A stretch of DNA of 59,818 bases, filler included, from Sphacelaria rigidula (GCA_964200075.2; 7 parts of 7 records of this genome joined end to end with filler, not necessarily neighbours in it); one strand, 5' to 3'; shown: positions 12,271-25,432, counted from the first letter of the whole stretch. The notes: a model not told the origin generated them from the sequence alone. Program-made: numbers and translations.

Positions 12271-14200
12271 TCATAGCTTGAGCCCATACTTAGCCAGCAA
12301 ACGTCCCCGTACCTGCTTTGTTAGTCGCAACTTACGCAATTCAGAACGTACAAACTGCGGGGCTCCTTCCAAAGTGGTTTCTAGAGACTCCCACGAGCTC
12401 TCATCCTTGCCGCAACCTACCCATTCCACGTGTACAACGGACCCATCACCGTCTTGACCCTCGAACAAGTCAACGATCGCCTCCGTCTCGAACTTTCCTT
12501 GCGCAAACGCATACTGGAACACTTCCTTCAGATCCGCAGTGACCTCCAGTTCCTTGAGCACATAGTACCGAAGACGGGAGACATGCGCGTCCTTCACCTC
12601 TCCGTTGACGACATTCTGAATCTCGTACACATGTTGATGCTCCGCTGCCACGACCCTCCAAAGTCCTGTCCACATACTTACGAGTTTCGGCGTTGTTCCT
12701 GAGCGCCTAACCCTCGCAGCCGACACATAATCACCCACCATAAAATTTGACAACTGTCCCTTACTAGCAACACGTCGTTGCAGTTCACGAGTCTTCTCAA
12801 CATGCTGCGCCATCTCCTTGTGCAACGCTTGCTGCGCCTCTACGACCGATGCCACCTTCTCCCGCAGCATATCCTCATCCAGCACATCAAGTCGCCACTC
12901 GCCGCCGGTTGACTATGCCAGGGTCGAAAAACTTGTGCGCGGCGCCCGTCGAAACATCACATGGTATGGCGTACTGGCATAGAGCTCGCGGAATGCCGTG
13001 TTCAACGCCCACTGTACCGCAGGCACAAGTTCCACCCAGCCACGAAGGTCGCGCCTCTCTTCTTGCAGTATGGCCTCCAAAGTACGGACAACCTCTCGCA
13101 TCATCCTTTCCCACGTACAATTTGACCACGGCGAGTTTGGAACCGCGAACCTCCTGTCCAACTTCAGCGCCTTCTCCAATGCTCGCATCACATGGATCTT
13201 GAAATGCGATGCGGTGTCACTAACCCACACCTCCGGCGGACCCAACGCCTTGCACCACGCCAATAGATGCTGCAGCGTCCCTGCAGCTGTACAAGGCTCG
13301 TCGGGCTCTAACCACGCGAAATTGCACAAATCATCCATCATTAAAAATAAAAATATGTAATTCTACCCGTCACCTTCGTCCAGGCCGCTCTCGCCCAGCG
13401 GACAGCTTTTGCCAACGTACAGATAATCAAAATGTATCACCTCACCGGGCCGTGTGTCATGCACTGTCTCCCCTAGTGGCCATGGGACCGTCTCACCCGC
13501 TTTCGAGTCCACACAATGCAAGCATTTCCTCACAAAATCTGTCCCATGAGCTTCCATCCGAAACCAACAGCAATGCTCTTGCAGCCGCTGTAGTGTCGCG
13601 ACAACACTCCGATGGTCCGCCTCCTTCATGTAAGCACACACCATCAAGCGTGTTGGCAGCTCTTCTGCTTGCGGCGGGATCCGCAACACATCCCGCCCTG
13701 CTACATGCACGCGAAATATACCTTCATCGTCTTTCGAAACTCGCTCAACAGCTGCTGCAAGAGTGGGGGCTCCAGCGACCCAAGACCCAAGAGTAGGGGC
13801 TCCAGCGGCCATCACTCCGAACCCGGCTTGAGTCTGCTCTTGGGCCTAACGAATAGCGTTCTTCGACGGCAGCGTTTCATCAGGCTAACCGCTCGCAAAC
13901 ACGGCCGCAGCACGCATAGACACCGCCGGAACGTCTACCCACCTTGACAATAAATCGCCCCAGCAGTTGTGCTCACCAGCAATATGTCTGATGGAGTAAT
14001 CGTACTGCCCGAGCACAGCCTTCCATTGCTCGAGCCTTTGGGCACCAGTCAGACACGGATGCAATGCACGCCTCGAGGTTAAAAATGTATGCTAGGTTAC
14101 GATGATCGGTGAAGATGTGTACCCTACCCCAGAGAAGATACTCCAAGCTACGGAAAGTACTTACGATTGCATAGCCTGTAGAGTAGTCCACCTCCAGTAC
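12271..14200 (-). pseudogene. Decayed Ty3/Gypsy pol: RNase H, integrase and C-terminal chromodomain
   Basis: RNase H IFTDHRNLAYIF; zinc finger H..VVATLQRLQEHCCWFRM...CLHC; integrase core IHFDYLYVG / VWVSDTASHF / ERMMREV; GPY/F-like WTGLWRVV; chromodomain FETEAIVD...VEWVGC..DESSWESL. Broken by frameshifts and stops. No RT motifs recognised. Confidence 0.9.
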
Positions 14201-14279
14201 ACGTACGTGCAGGTTCATGATGAGCTACAAGTGGAACAATCTGCTGTAGGCGTTCTCTATTGGTTGATGGACTTGCGGG

Positions 14280-17022
14280 TCTGATCGGCAGACTATATGA
14301 ATTTTGAACATCACATACTTCACGCATGTGCTTACTTCCGATAAAAAAGGCTGTTTGTTTATGAATAACAAGTGTATTGAAGTCTCCAGGCCCTAGTGAG
14401 GGAGGAAGCCCTTGGAGCAATCTTGTGACCTTGTTCTGAGTCCAGGAGGGCTCTATAAGAGTAACAGGAGCAGTCGGGCCACTAAATCATGCATATCATC
14501 GCCCAGCGGTTTCACTCGAACATTTGCTCCGCGTTCCATCGGTCCAGCTACATGTAGCACCACCACAGTGCCGCTGAGCACGCCACCAAACGGTAAAGTT
14601 GCACCGCAACACCTAGTCGATCAATTCTCTGCCCCCACAGATGCTTGAGCATTAAGGAACGCGCGTGCTTCAGTCGTTTCTTCAGAGGAAACGACAGGCG
14701 AAATGGAAAGAGTCATACGGTCCCGCACAGCAACATCTCCCGATGGCATCACACCATCCCCTCAAGCACCTGATTGTGCATCAGTAGAGGCACCTCAATC
14801 ACCGCCCCCAAGCATGACAAACCTCTTCATGCAAGTAGCAGTGCATACGACCACCTCAATACGACGCAACGCTCGATGTCGCAGTAGGAATTACGACCGC
14901 TATTCATAACAGTATCATAAGCCTGAAGCTTGCTCTGCCTACCCGCTTCACGCGGGTCATACACCCCTGCTGGTTCGATCATGCACGATGTGTCCACAGC
15001 TCCACGCTGCTCCGGCGGCAACTCCGTCAACTCGACATCCAGCTCTCCTTCAAACAGACACCCCTGCATATCATCTGAATCATCTTCCGCCGTGTCGTTG
15101 CCGCAGGCAGATTTGCCATGAGCATGGCGAGTCCCAAGCTCGCTCTACTTGTCCGCATATCGCGAATAACCTCCCCCTGCAGGGTCGAGCATGCGAGGGG
15201 TGTCATCAGCTACACGCTGGTCATCGAACACAAGTCTATCGCGCGGATCTGAATTCGTCAACTTGAAATCCACCTCGCCCTGAAGCTTGGATTCCTGCGG
15301 AGCATTACTCGCTGCCGCTATGGGGATCGACAAAAGCATCGCATATATGATAACCTCCGCCCAAACAGCGCCAACAGCCTCGAGGTACTGCATTTTTGTT
15401 GGGCTCACAGTTGTTCCTAACGGTGGGTGCTGCAACCGCGGCGCGCCGTCCAGCCGCTGACGACAGTTTCTGTCTGCTGGAACCAGATTTGTGAGGCCTT
15501 TTCGAGCCAGAATCGCCACTACCCGCTGCGGCGGCCGCAGTTGCGGCGCGCCGGCCAGCCGCTGACGACAGTTACTGTATGCTTGGCACAATCACGTGCT
15601 TGATCCTGAGCCTTGCCATGTCAAACAGTTTTAGCTGCCTCCCATGCACAGAAAGAGCAACTCTGCCGGTACACCAAGACGAGCTTTGTCACCACACTAT
15701 GGCGCCCAAAGCACCTGTTTTCACGCGGTTCTCACCGCGTTTTGAAGTCCTTCGTAGACTCCTTGTCTGATGCCAACTTTCCAATAGCCTCCTGTCACCG
15801 CAGTCGCCTTGGATTTGAGTGTCCTGCGTCTCTCTCTCCGCCACCTCCTCCCCTCGTGTCATCCAACGTAAGCGTCCCCGGGTTCTACCGACTGTGGGGT
15901 GCGACGTCAAAAACCTATTCCAGAAACCGATAAGTTCCCCGAGTAAACGTATATTTGTCTACTTGTCTGAAATTAGAAGAAGGTCACAGTGCCGCTTCAG
16001 AGGCTTCCTCCCTGTCAAGGACACAAGTGACTTCAAGACTCAAGCAATCACACAATCAGCAACCTTTGTTAAAGCAGAGGTGACCTTTGTCTCCTTACAC
16101 ACACATCACACGTCAAGCAGTCATAGTCATACTCCAGAGAATATCTCATGACCAGATCTCATGTGACCTAATATCCAGTTCAAGTACGTTGACGTGTACT
16201 GGAGGTGGACTACTTTACAGAGGAAAACAGGGGTCACTCCTTCAACGAATATAGCTGTTTGTGTGACTGCTTGATTCTTGGAGTCTCTCGAGCCCTTGAC
16301 AGGGAGGAAGCCTCTGGAGCAACGCTGTGACCTTCCGATTTCAGACAATTCTACAATAAACGCTTATAGAGGTAACCCCTCTGATTAGGTTTTTAACGTC
16401 GCACCCCACAGTATGTAGAACCCGGGGACGCCTGAGTTGAATAACAGGGGGGAGAAAGCGGTGGACAGAGAGGCGCAGGCCACACAAATCCAAGGCGACT
16501 GCGGTGACAGGAGGCTGTTGGAGGGATGGCACCGCGGAGGGGAGGTGGCACCAGCGAGAAGATTGATGAGGGGAAGTTTGGAGTACCCGAGTTGACTTTG
16601 GGTGCATCGTTAAGAGTGCCCGAATATGGACGAGTGTACCGTGAACAAGCCTTCAGACCATTTTATCGAAAGTATCGAAATGGCGAGGGGGCGATGGAAA
16701 GGAGTCATAAGGCCGGGCGTTTAAGTACCTACTGTTGACCATAAAAGAGTTGGTGCCTGTAGACACCGGGCACCATTGTTACCTTGGTTAGGTACATGAC
16801 TGGTCAACCGCGATACTGAAATACCGACAGTCCGTAAAGTCAGGCGTGTTTACACCTCGCACCGAAGTTTTTCTTGCATGTGCACAGGCACCTAAGCTAC
16901 TGGACACGTCAATGTCCAGCGCCTTTGTAGACTTCTGTCACTCAAGATCAGATCGCCATGGGGACTCCTCCCATCACGGGCACATGGACTTCAGCAGCTT
17001 TAGTTATTCACATATTAAGCCT
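14280..17022. mobile_element. Upstream part of the Gypsy element (decayed gag/leader) with further LTR-like module copies
   Basis: Module copies near 14345-14445(-), 15960-16072(+) and 16246-16347(-). 16925-17022 is an inverted homologue of 11356-11450. TTGTTACCTTGGTTAGGTACATGACTG is shared by ~10191 and ~16777. Confidence 0.55.
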
Positions 17023-17122
17023 NNNNNNNNNNNNNNNNNNNNNNNNNNNNNNNNNNNNNNNNNNNNTTAATTAATTAANNNNNNNNNNNNNNNNNNNNNN
17101 NNNNNNNNNNNNNNNNNNNNNN

Positions 17123-17296
17123 TCGCATGAAGGGTGAGCTGCATCCTGCCGAAATTGTTCGGCCCGAAGTCTACACCTACACCCGGCAGAAGGGGGGTGT
17201 ACTCATGATCATGCATGCTATATTCACAAGACCATTGATCTCGCATCCCTACAAAGCCGCGACGGAGCACGCCGGGTTTTCGCCGGACCAGGCTCG
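17123..17296 (+). repeat. Modular repeat family P/Q/R, blocks Q then P
   Basis: TCGCATGAAG..GAGCTGCATCCTGC block followed by GGGGGGTGTACTCATGATCATGCATGC block. Homologous to 36433-36722 and 42355-42700. Confidence 0.8.
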
Positions 17297-18485
17297 GGGG
17301 AAAAACCCAACCCCGAGTCCCTCTCCAAACAGCGACGTTCCATACATGCACCATAAACATTATTAAAACAAAACCCACTACATTTCACTCATGGTCTGAT
17401 AGAACAGTGACAGAGTTGCCGGGTAACCTACAAGCACAGTCTAACCGGCTTTACAGGGAAGTGTTTATTCACCCGTTCCTTATATCATTCGTCTCATACC
17501 GTACCTCACTTCATGTGCATACTACAATGTGGGTCAGGGGTACAGGTTCCGTGTAACGAATTAGACGAATTTGACCGGATGAAATGAAATGACACGTGCT
17601 CTTAAAAATAATGGTTTTGACTTGTATTTTTCTACCGTACGTGTAGTATCATAGCATTATAGTGTACAACTACAGCACGATAATCTCGGGCGCTACTATC
17701 CCTGTAGATACAAACTCCAGCACTGTGTTCGTAAAGATGCTACTGCAGAGTAACCTAAACGCTGTGAATGCGGATGCATAGTATCACCGGGCGGTCTGCA
17801 TATTCGACTATATTTACGAACGTAGCTTGATGAACGTCACCGAGCTGCAGGAGTGTTGGCGGTCATGATATAATGCTCCATACCAAAGTGCAAGGCAAAT
17901 ACATATATGCATGCCTTAATACGGGAGTAGAGGTAGATGGCTTGATTCCTTGGAACCACAACACAGACTCGTCCCGAGAAAGAGGGGGCGTGATTTCAAA
18001 ATATCAACACTTAAAAGAGGTGTACAACAAAAACGGGAAGAAATAGCCGCGCTTGTCAGAATACCCTTCATAGTTGAATGAATCGATTGATGCGCTGCAA
18101 TGTCACAGAACCTGCAATGTTGTCAACAGCTGATTTAGCACTGCCAGGGGTATCTTTCAAATAATGTCGTGGGAATCGCACGTTTCAATCTACTATCTAC
18201 TGCGGTTCGATTACATGCTTGAAAGGTGCGCATCATCGAGTACAAGCACCCTGTAAGCCCGGATGGACAGTGTTTGCAGGCTATCTGGTATTTAGGACGA
18301 CAAAACTAGAGTATCTTCCTGTTCGCTCTTGTCAATACAGTACTGTCAGCACCGCTTTGGAGCACCTCACCCCGTTTCGTACTTTCACCTCGTGCTCGAG
18401 TGTTGCCAAATTCGGTTTGAATATTCCTTGTTTGTAGCTCTACTACTATTATTTCTCTCAGCCAGAAACACAAATCTGATGCTAG

Positions 18486-18892
18486 TGTGGAAACCACCAC
18501 ATGAGCAGAAATTCCCACAAGTGTCTAGCAAGGAATTACCTTTTCACATTGGCGACACCTTGAGATAGCTCGTACGCTTCACGAACAGAGGGTCATGCGT
18601 TCAAATCCCGGATCCCACCAAAATGGTAGGAACAAAAATAAAGTGGCGGATACCCTCTGAAGCAGAGTTCAAATCTTACGGGAAATCTCCTGCGGCGATT
18701 GCTGGTTGGGTGACCCAACACACGTAGAAGATATGTAAATAAAAGGACAGGATTCCCACCGCTGGCCGGCGTAGAAGGTTACTCCTACAAAACCTCCGAG
18801 AGGTTCATGAAGGAGGGGGGGATGCTGTGAGAACCACCACATAGAAGGGACAAATTCCCACAAGTGTCTGTCAAGGAATCACCTCTTTCACA
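18486..18892 (+). mobile_element. TRIM (miniature LTR retrotransposon), 407 bp
   Basis: Direct repeats TGTG...TCACA at 18486-18548 and 18826-18892. PBS-like TGGCGACACC at 18550, polypurine tract GAAGGAGGGGGGGA before the 3' repeat, flanks CTAG/CTAT. Confidence 0.8.
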
Positions 18893-19408
18893 CTATCTTG
18901 TTATTAGTACTCTACTCTAAAATTTGACAAAATTGGAAAACACATACCGCCACTACGTAGTAGTTTATTACTAGTGCTCGAGGTTAAGGGTATAGATGAA
19001 TCCATTGAGTAGGAAGAATCCGCTTGGATTCCCGGCAGAGATGCATTTAAGTTTTGTTCTGACTGATTCGTATTAGTGGATATATATCTGATTTCCATCG
19101 TTGAAAACATGAGTGTGTTTGATGGCGGTCCCTGCGATTCAGGAGTGTCAAGTCATAATCCACTCAATCCGCGATACCAAAATGTAAGGCCTGTGCCGAC
19201 GGAGAGATGAGATAGGGTTGGTCCCTTGAGACCTCGGGTTCGTTCGCGGGAAGGGGAGAGGGATTATCTAAAGTGTGCAAAAAAACTCTCTCGAGCGGAC
19301 TAGCATTCAGATTACGCGAGAGGTAAGCAGTGGTCTATCGTCTATGCTCGCTGATTTCAAGACTACTGCCGGATACCCCCCGACACTCGCCCCTCTCCAA
19401 TGACGCAC

Positions 19409-19564
19409 CCGTATGCCGTGCAGCAATTCGGAACAGCGCTCAACTCGAACGTCTTTGTGCCCCATGAGCTTTCGAGTGGCCGCGCCTATTCTCTTGGCCA
19501 GGGCAGCGTTGAGCGGTATCATTCCTATGATAACGATCAGCCCGGCTGCAAATGCAAAAGATAC
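19409..19564 (-). CDS. ABCC (MRP7/ABCC10-like) transporter, TMD1 exon
   Basis: CAG acceptor, VSFAFAAGLIVIIGMIPLNAALAKRIGAATRKLMGHKDVRVERCSELLHGIR, GTGCGT donor. Matches the ABCC KD.R....E.L.GIR motif. Confidence 0.9.
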
Positions 19565-20429
19565 CTGAACCATCGCACGATAGAGCAAGGGGCGGCGTAA
19601 AAACGATATTGCCCGAAACAATAAAGGAGGTCTAGGATGTCATGCACAATCGCACAATCGCACGATCACACACTTTAATTATGTACGTGCATGTTCGCGC
19701 GTTGAAGCGTCGTCAAAGTTACGTGCTGCACTGTCACGTCCATCATCATGATTCTGAAAACCGACGTTCTAGACCGTTCATGTTAAGAAACATTTGCGGC
19801 GCTCAGCAATGTCTCAAGAGTGACTGCTTTCAGGCGAAGATTTGGTTGAAACACCCTCGTCCCCTCCTACCGTGGTACGGCTCATCATGAACGCACTATA
19901 GTGCGGAGAGCTGGGCAGAATCTTTCCCTGTTAAGCTGTTCCAATCAAGTATCAATGAAATCGCTGGGAAATGGAGCTTGATTGTGGCAAATATTGCTGA
20001 GAACTACCGTACAAAGTGAATGTACCCTACGGCTTTCTTAGTCACAAGTGGCTGGGCATCCATTCGGTACAGGCAGGAAGGTCGATAGGAGGGTACATGA
20101 GAGGGTCCATACTGCAGCAACTTAACCATGTCATACTCCAGATTGGAACGGGAAACGCGAGAAAAAAAGATGAAAAAAAAACAACGCGACCGTCCCGGCG
20201 TTAGCCTCGACATTGCCTACGTCGTACTAGAGGATGTTAATAGCAGCATCCACTCGTGAAGAAACGGCCCCAGCCTTGATCTGCAACGAATGACGCTGTG
20301 ACATTGGTGCTATAGTGGTAAGTTCCCACACCCAAGAGGTAAAAAGCCAAGTCCGAGGGCGCGTATGTTGGGGGTGCGTGGCGATTGTCAATACTCGAGC
20401 TACTCGAAAACTCCGCATTTCCGGCTTAC

Positions 20430-20462
20430 CTCACGGTGTAGCAGGTAAAATGTAATGGCGAC
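20430..20462 (-). CDS. ABCC10-like transporter, 33-nt exon (VAITFYLLHRE)
   Basis: GCAG acceptor, GTAAG donor, phase 0/0. Fills the expected segment between ...WGLPVQ and VSFAF... Confidence 0.88.
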
Positions 20463-20925
20463 CTGCGCGCACACGCATACACCAAGGGTACACCAAGGGC
20501 GAGCGAGGAAAACAGATCGGCGGACACGGAAACCACGTGGAGAGTCACCCGGTAGAGAATCTGTTGGCGTCTTGTGAATGCATACACCTGGACTGAGTAT
20601 AGACAGTGTAGAGATCATTCTACATGAGGGTGCAAGGAAATGGAAGGCGCCTGGGGATTTCGGAGAGGGAGTAGCAGCTGGGACGATACTCTGCCGACTC
20701 TTGTTCATGACACCAAGGAAGGCACCAGAATACATGGAACACGCATGAAACCGCAGGAAGATCGTACACGGTGACTTCAACCTTTCGATATTGCAGAGTC
20801 GGGGGATATGAGCCATAAAACTGGATGAAGGTCCACGAGCTGCGTGAGTGCTGATCCACTGTGCGGCACAAAAAGTATCAATTGCAAAGTACAAAGTACA
20901 AGGCAAGTGCGTTACCATTACCATT

Positions 20926-21180
20926 AGTTGGTTGATTGGTTGATTGTCGTACTTTCACTGACCCCCCAGGGATCCAGCCCTGGTCACATGGTGAACGTAC
21001 CCAAGACAAAACAAGACTGAAACACTACCAATACTGGGGGAGAAACAGGTGAAGTAGCTGAAGTGGTCCCTTGAAACCACAGCACGAGCTCCACCTGAGG
21101 AAGGAAGAATGGTGTCATCCGAAATGCGAATAATAATAACAAAAAACATGACAAGAAAAAAACACGTCAAGTATTCGAGG
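20926..21180 (-). mobile_element. 5'-truncated RTE-type LINE 3' end
   Basis: Minus strand TGACCAGGGCTGGAT...GACAATCAACCAATCAACCAAC resembles the 3' end of the LINE at 47290-47348. The 5' boundary is approximate. Confidence 0.55.
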
Positions 21181-21582
21181 AAAATACATCACGTGCACGG
21201 AGAAACCCGCACGCAGGGTGAAAGCAAGGAAGGCAGCAGGCAGAATTTATGATGCAGCCCTTGACTCCGAGCGACAAGAGGTAGTGGCAACATGTTGAAG
21301 CCTGGTACGGTTACACATGATATCCTGTCATCAAGTATCGCAACGACGTGTATGCGACAGCAATACTCCGCAGATCCCACGTCTCTGCTCCGTATGCGCA
21401 AAAACATGTGGAATATATCACACCCTGTACAGCAGACAACATTGTAAGAAAGTGTACTGTGTACAATATCGAAACTTTCGTCCGTTGTAATAGACCATAG
21501 ATTCGATACTGTACGCGGTGCACTTTTTTTGGCAGTGTAAACTATTGTCAAGGGGTTTGGAATATATGCACCTTTACTAGCC

Positions 21583-21966
21583 GGTCGCCCCGGTGGCTCA
21601 GTTGGTACCCTCGACTCCTTTTGATGTTAGGGTCGTGGGTTCGGATCTCGATGCCGTCACACGATCTGGGTTTTCTTTTCTCACACCATGCCCAACAGTG
21701 GAGAGAAGACTATGAGGTGACTACACAAAATTTGACTTCACGGTCGACCAGAGAAAGGGACCGCTGAACCTCTCTCGGGATAAAAAACAAGGCACGCACC
21801 GCAGCGGGAAGGTATAGTACTAAAAAAAAAAAAACGAAAAACTCTTGTGTTACCCTTTCTCCTGTGTGACCCTGGCCGAATCGCCCATATATACCGCTAG
21901 GTGTAGACTGGCGTCCGGAATAGATGGGATGACAATACACATAAAAAGAACAATAAAAAAAAAACA
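21583..21966 (+). mobile_element. tRNA-derived SINE, apparently full length, in an ABCC intron
   Basis: A-box GGTGGCTCAGTTGG, B-box-like GGTTCGGATCTC, a ~280-bp body shared with 8562-8836, and an A-rich tail. Confidence 0.8.
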
Positions 21967-22722
21967 AGAAGGGTGCGCAGTAGAGGCCAACCGATCGTAT
22001 AGATAATTGGTGATGTGCTGGTGTCTACGGCAACCTCTTGGGGATTGGCGTGAGCGAAAGGTATCAGGATAGTGGATGGTGTCTACACGAACCCTGGCCG
22101 TAGAGACCGACTTTTTAGGTGGCATTTGCTGTGGCGAACCCAAGACAAACCGGGTTCTCGATGGATAAAATAAGGCAAAATATGATATATATATATCATA
22201 ATATATCAATTGGTCTTGATTAAAGTTGTCTGTGAACTGTGATGTTTCGCTAGATGGGTGCGACGTTACTTGAGGCGGCCGACTATGTTGGAGTGTTGTT
22301 ACGATGTAAAAACACAAGAAACAGCAACATTGTTACTTACTTGTGCCGGGGAGTTAAGAGTGCTACTCCACAAAAAAACATGGAAAATGTGAACAAGCAA
22401 CACCTCGAACCCAGGCACTTCGCTGAGCTGAGGGGCTCCGGATGTTGTCCGAATACACACAAGCAGACACCAAGAAACACAGAAACATAAAAATCATCTC
22501 GAACCAAGTTGAGCGCCACGGGGCTCGGAATTCTGTAAAATAGTAGAGACAAGTCAAATAGCAGCATCACCTCCCATTTGCCCGGCCTGAAAAGCTCAGC
22601 ATGTCCCGGGTTAAAAGGACAGGCACATCGCTACTATCTACCAACGTCACCTGGTCTCACAGGAATGACCGCACTATATTAATGAAATGGCGAACGGCTG
22701 AAGAACGGTTGCCGAGAAGCAC

Positions 22723-22864
22723 CTGCACAGGCAGCCCCCAGAGCTCGTGCAGAGATCCCGCGCAGTCCATGAGCCTCTGCGCGTCAACGGCGATGAGATT
22801 GGTCGCACTGCCTGCCGTGAGATCCAGCTGACAAGCAGCCGCCGTGCGCACCTTCAAAACTTGC
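22723..22864 (-). CDS. ABCC10-like transporter, TMD1 exon
   Basis: TCAG acceptor (phase 2), QVLKVRTAAACQLDLTAGSATNLIAVDAQRLMDCAGSLHELWGLPVQ, GT donor. Matches the ABCC G...NL...D..R.......H..W..P.Q motif. Confidence 0.9.
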
Positions 22865-24140
22865 CTGACGTTCCGCACACACGCACGCATACACATACAC
22901 GTTGTACTTCTTTCCATCTCGGGGAAAAAAAAATGCATATCGTGACCGCATATCTTGCGATACCTGATCATTTAATCAATCGAGTAAGCAGGCAAACAAG
23001 CAAGCAAGGAAGTCTCCTCGTGCCCCGGGGTGCTTTTTGTCTGTCGTTACCTCGGGTACCCCACATACCCTGAAATAGATTTTTGTCGGTGCGATACCGC
23101 ACGTTCAGAGCTCCGAATACCCTGGGAATCCATTATAGCCTCGAGTACCCCTGAGTACGGTATCCTGCCCTGATGGCGCTGTTTGTTTCCTATATTCACG
23201 ATCGATGAGGCACATAAGGCAAACATGATATCCAGTAGCGGAAGGTACGGAAGGCACGACGGAATACTCCGTGTCGGGGAAAGTAACCGACTATCATGAT
23301 ACCGCCATGCATCGTCTGGTATAATGAAGAGCTGTAGTGCTATTAAAGCAAGGACGCAGCTTGCAACCCAGGGCACAAGCTTACGAGGTAAGCACACAAC
23401 CGTCAGGCTGTTACAGCTTGTAGAAACCGCACACGGCTCAGCGTCCAAATGTCAGACAAGTGATTCACGCGATGGTTATTTTTAACTTCTCCTTGATTGC
23501 CTTGTTTCTAACTCCAGTATACAATCAATCAATCAAACCCAAATATGCCTCACCGATGCTTAGACTTCTTTCTGCTGGGATGCAGTGGTGGAGCGGTAGG
23601 TAGGGAAAAGGACGGGCGAGCTAGATAAGTTCCAGCAAATCTGGCTCGCCATCTCTTACCAATATACAAGCTCATCTTTGTACCCGACCAACTCTGAACA
23701 GACCTGCAGTCTTTGCTTACCGAAACACAAGAAGGCAAATAGCCAGACTCGACAACGGGTCTGAAGCGGCATGACAACAGGCTAATATGCGTCTTCATGA
23801 CACTGGACCCACACGAGAGGGAAATCCCGTATCACCGAGAAAAACACGTGCATGGTGTCGGCCAGCACCTTGTGAAACACTCCTGTAGCTTGTCGTGTAG
23901 AGTTGTAAAGCAGCAAGTTGAGAAAAAAGTGGAAACCTGTATCTATGAGCGAACGGGAATAATGGTATCAATGTAGACTTGTGGACGAGCAAAAGCATAC
24001 TCTATGGTCAGTGGCTTGCGATGGCAACAGTTGTCAGCCAGCGATTGAAAACAAGGTACAGTAGCCCGACACATACGCTCATCGTGCAAAGGTAAATCAC
24101 GCTGTCAGTGTACAAGTCAGCAGAAGGATGTATGCATCAC

Positions 24141-24285
24141 CTGTACACGGCGGCGACGAGAGATGCCCGGATGTGCAGCTGCAGCCTGGCGAGCCTAAGG
24201 TTGAACTGCGTGTCAAGCACGGCGCTGAGCGCGTAGCAGACTATCAGGCCGGCAGCTCCGAGATATCCCCTAGTTGTCGCAGCCG
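24141..24285 (-). CDS. ABCC10-like transporter, TMD1 exon (acceptor position uncertain)
   Basis: RGYLGAAGLIVCYALSAVLDTQFNLRLARLQLHIRASLVAAVYR. The AG|GTGATG donor is in phase with the next exon. Confidence 0.82.
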
Positions 24286-25139
24286 CTGCTTCGTTTTGGT
24301 GTTTGTTTTGGTACAGTAAAAGCAAGGAAAACGCACACGTCCGGTCCCAACGGACGGCAACGTAAAGGTGAAACATAACAATATCATCTTTTTCCAGCTC
24401 AACAGTACCTGCCCGTCACTCGGCGGGACCCCGAGTACAAATCGTTTCTCTGATGTGTGCAGCTACTGTATTGTACTGCATGCTTAACTAGAATTGGGGG
24501 GTTATCCGATGACGTGGCTGCCTCAAAAAGCCTCAAAAGCGGTGAAATCCACGAATCCGTCGAAGTCAAACAAACGACAAACGACTCCGGAAATTCACAA
24601 AATTTGAAATAATTCGGTATGCTACTCGCAAGTTAGCTTGAACTAGAGTGCAGGAGTCATCAGCGGACTTCACCTCTACTTGAGGCCGTGGCCAGCCACG
24701 TCGCACATCAATCCAGTCATGGTCCTTCACAGCGGGCCAAACTTGCTAAGGGAAAACTTGAGCGAATTAATTTGAAAGAGAAAACGGAGGAGAATCAAAC
24801 AGACTGAATTGACGTAGATGCGAGGCGACGAAGTAGAAACGGCCCCGAGAACATCTCCGAGCCACCCCTGGCTGGGGCTTCGTACGGGATGTCGTAGAGA
24901 AAGCAAGGTCGTGGAAACAGGTTACGGCTGTGTTGTATTGCGTGCATTTCCGCCGCCAACACCATAGCAAGCGACCCTCGGGACTTGGCCTATGCGAGAG
25001 TCAAAGCTTGTGGCAACGAAAAAAGAATGCTTAGGCCGCTCATTATGGTAAACAAAAGACATACTGGGAGGAACTACTGTCTTTTTGGAGCTCCTGCGTC
25101 GTTTTACTCCCTGAAAGGGAGCTAGGCGGATCGGAATAC

Positions 25140-25432
25140 CTTGGAATGCCGTCATGTACACCATGAGACGATTCTAGCACACCTGAGCGTTTTCCCGGTG
25201 GTCGCAGTTTTTTCCTTGGGCAAACTTGCATTTTTGTCGGAGACCGCTCATTTTTGTCGGAGACCGGTCAACTCGATACAAACTTCGCAATTTTTTGTGA
25301 ACTTGACCAGTCGACGAGAAAAAAGAGGGTCTCCCAAAACTGCAAGTTTCGCCAAGACAAAACCTGCGGCCACCGGAAAAGCACGCGGGTGTGCTGGAAC
25401 GGTCTCATTGAGTACAGCAAGACATTCCAAGA
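25140..25432. repeat. Diverged inverted repeat, ~95-bp arms
   Basis: 25140-25237 is roughly 75% reverse-complementary to 25335-25432 (CTTGGAATG...CATTCCAAG). Confidence 0.7.

Noticed and set aside
21587-21660. Functional tRNA gene
   Set aside because: The cloverleaf does not close properly and the sequence continues into a repeated SINE body. B-box-like hits near 3787, 33707 and 35985 also lack convincing tRNA structure.
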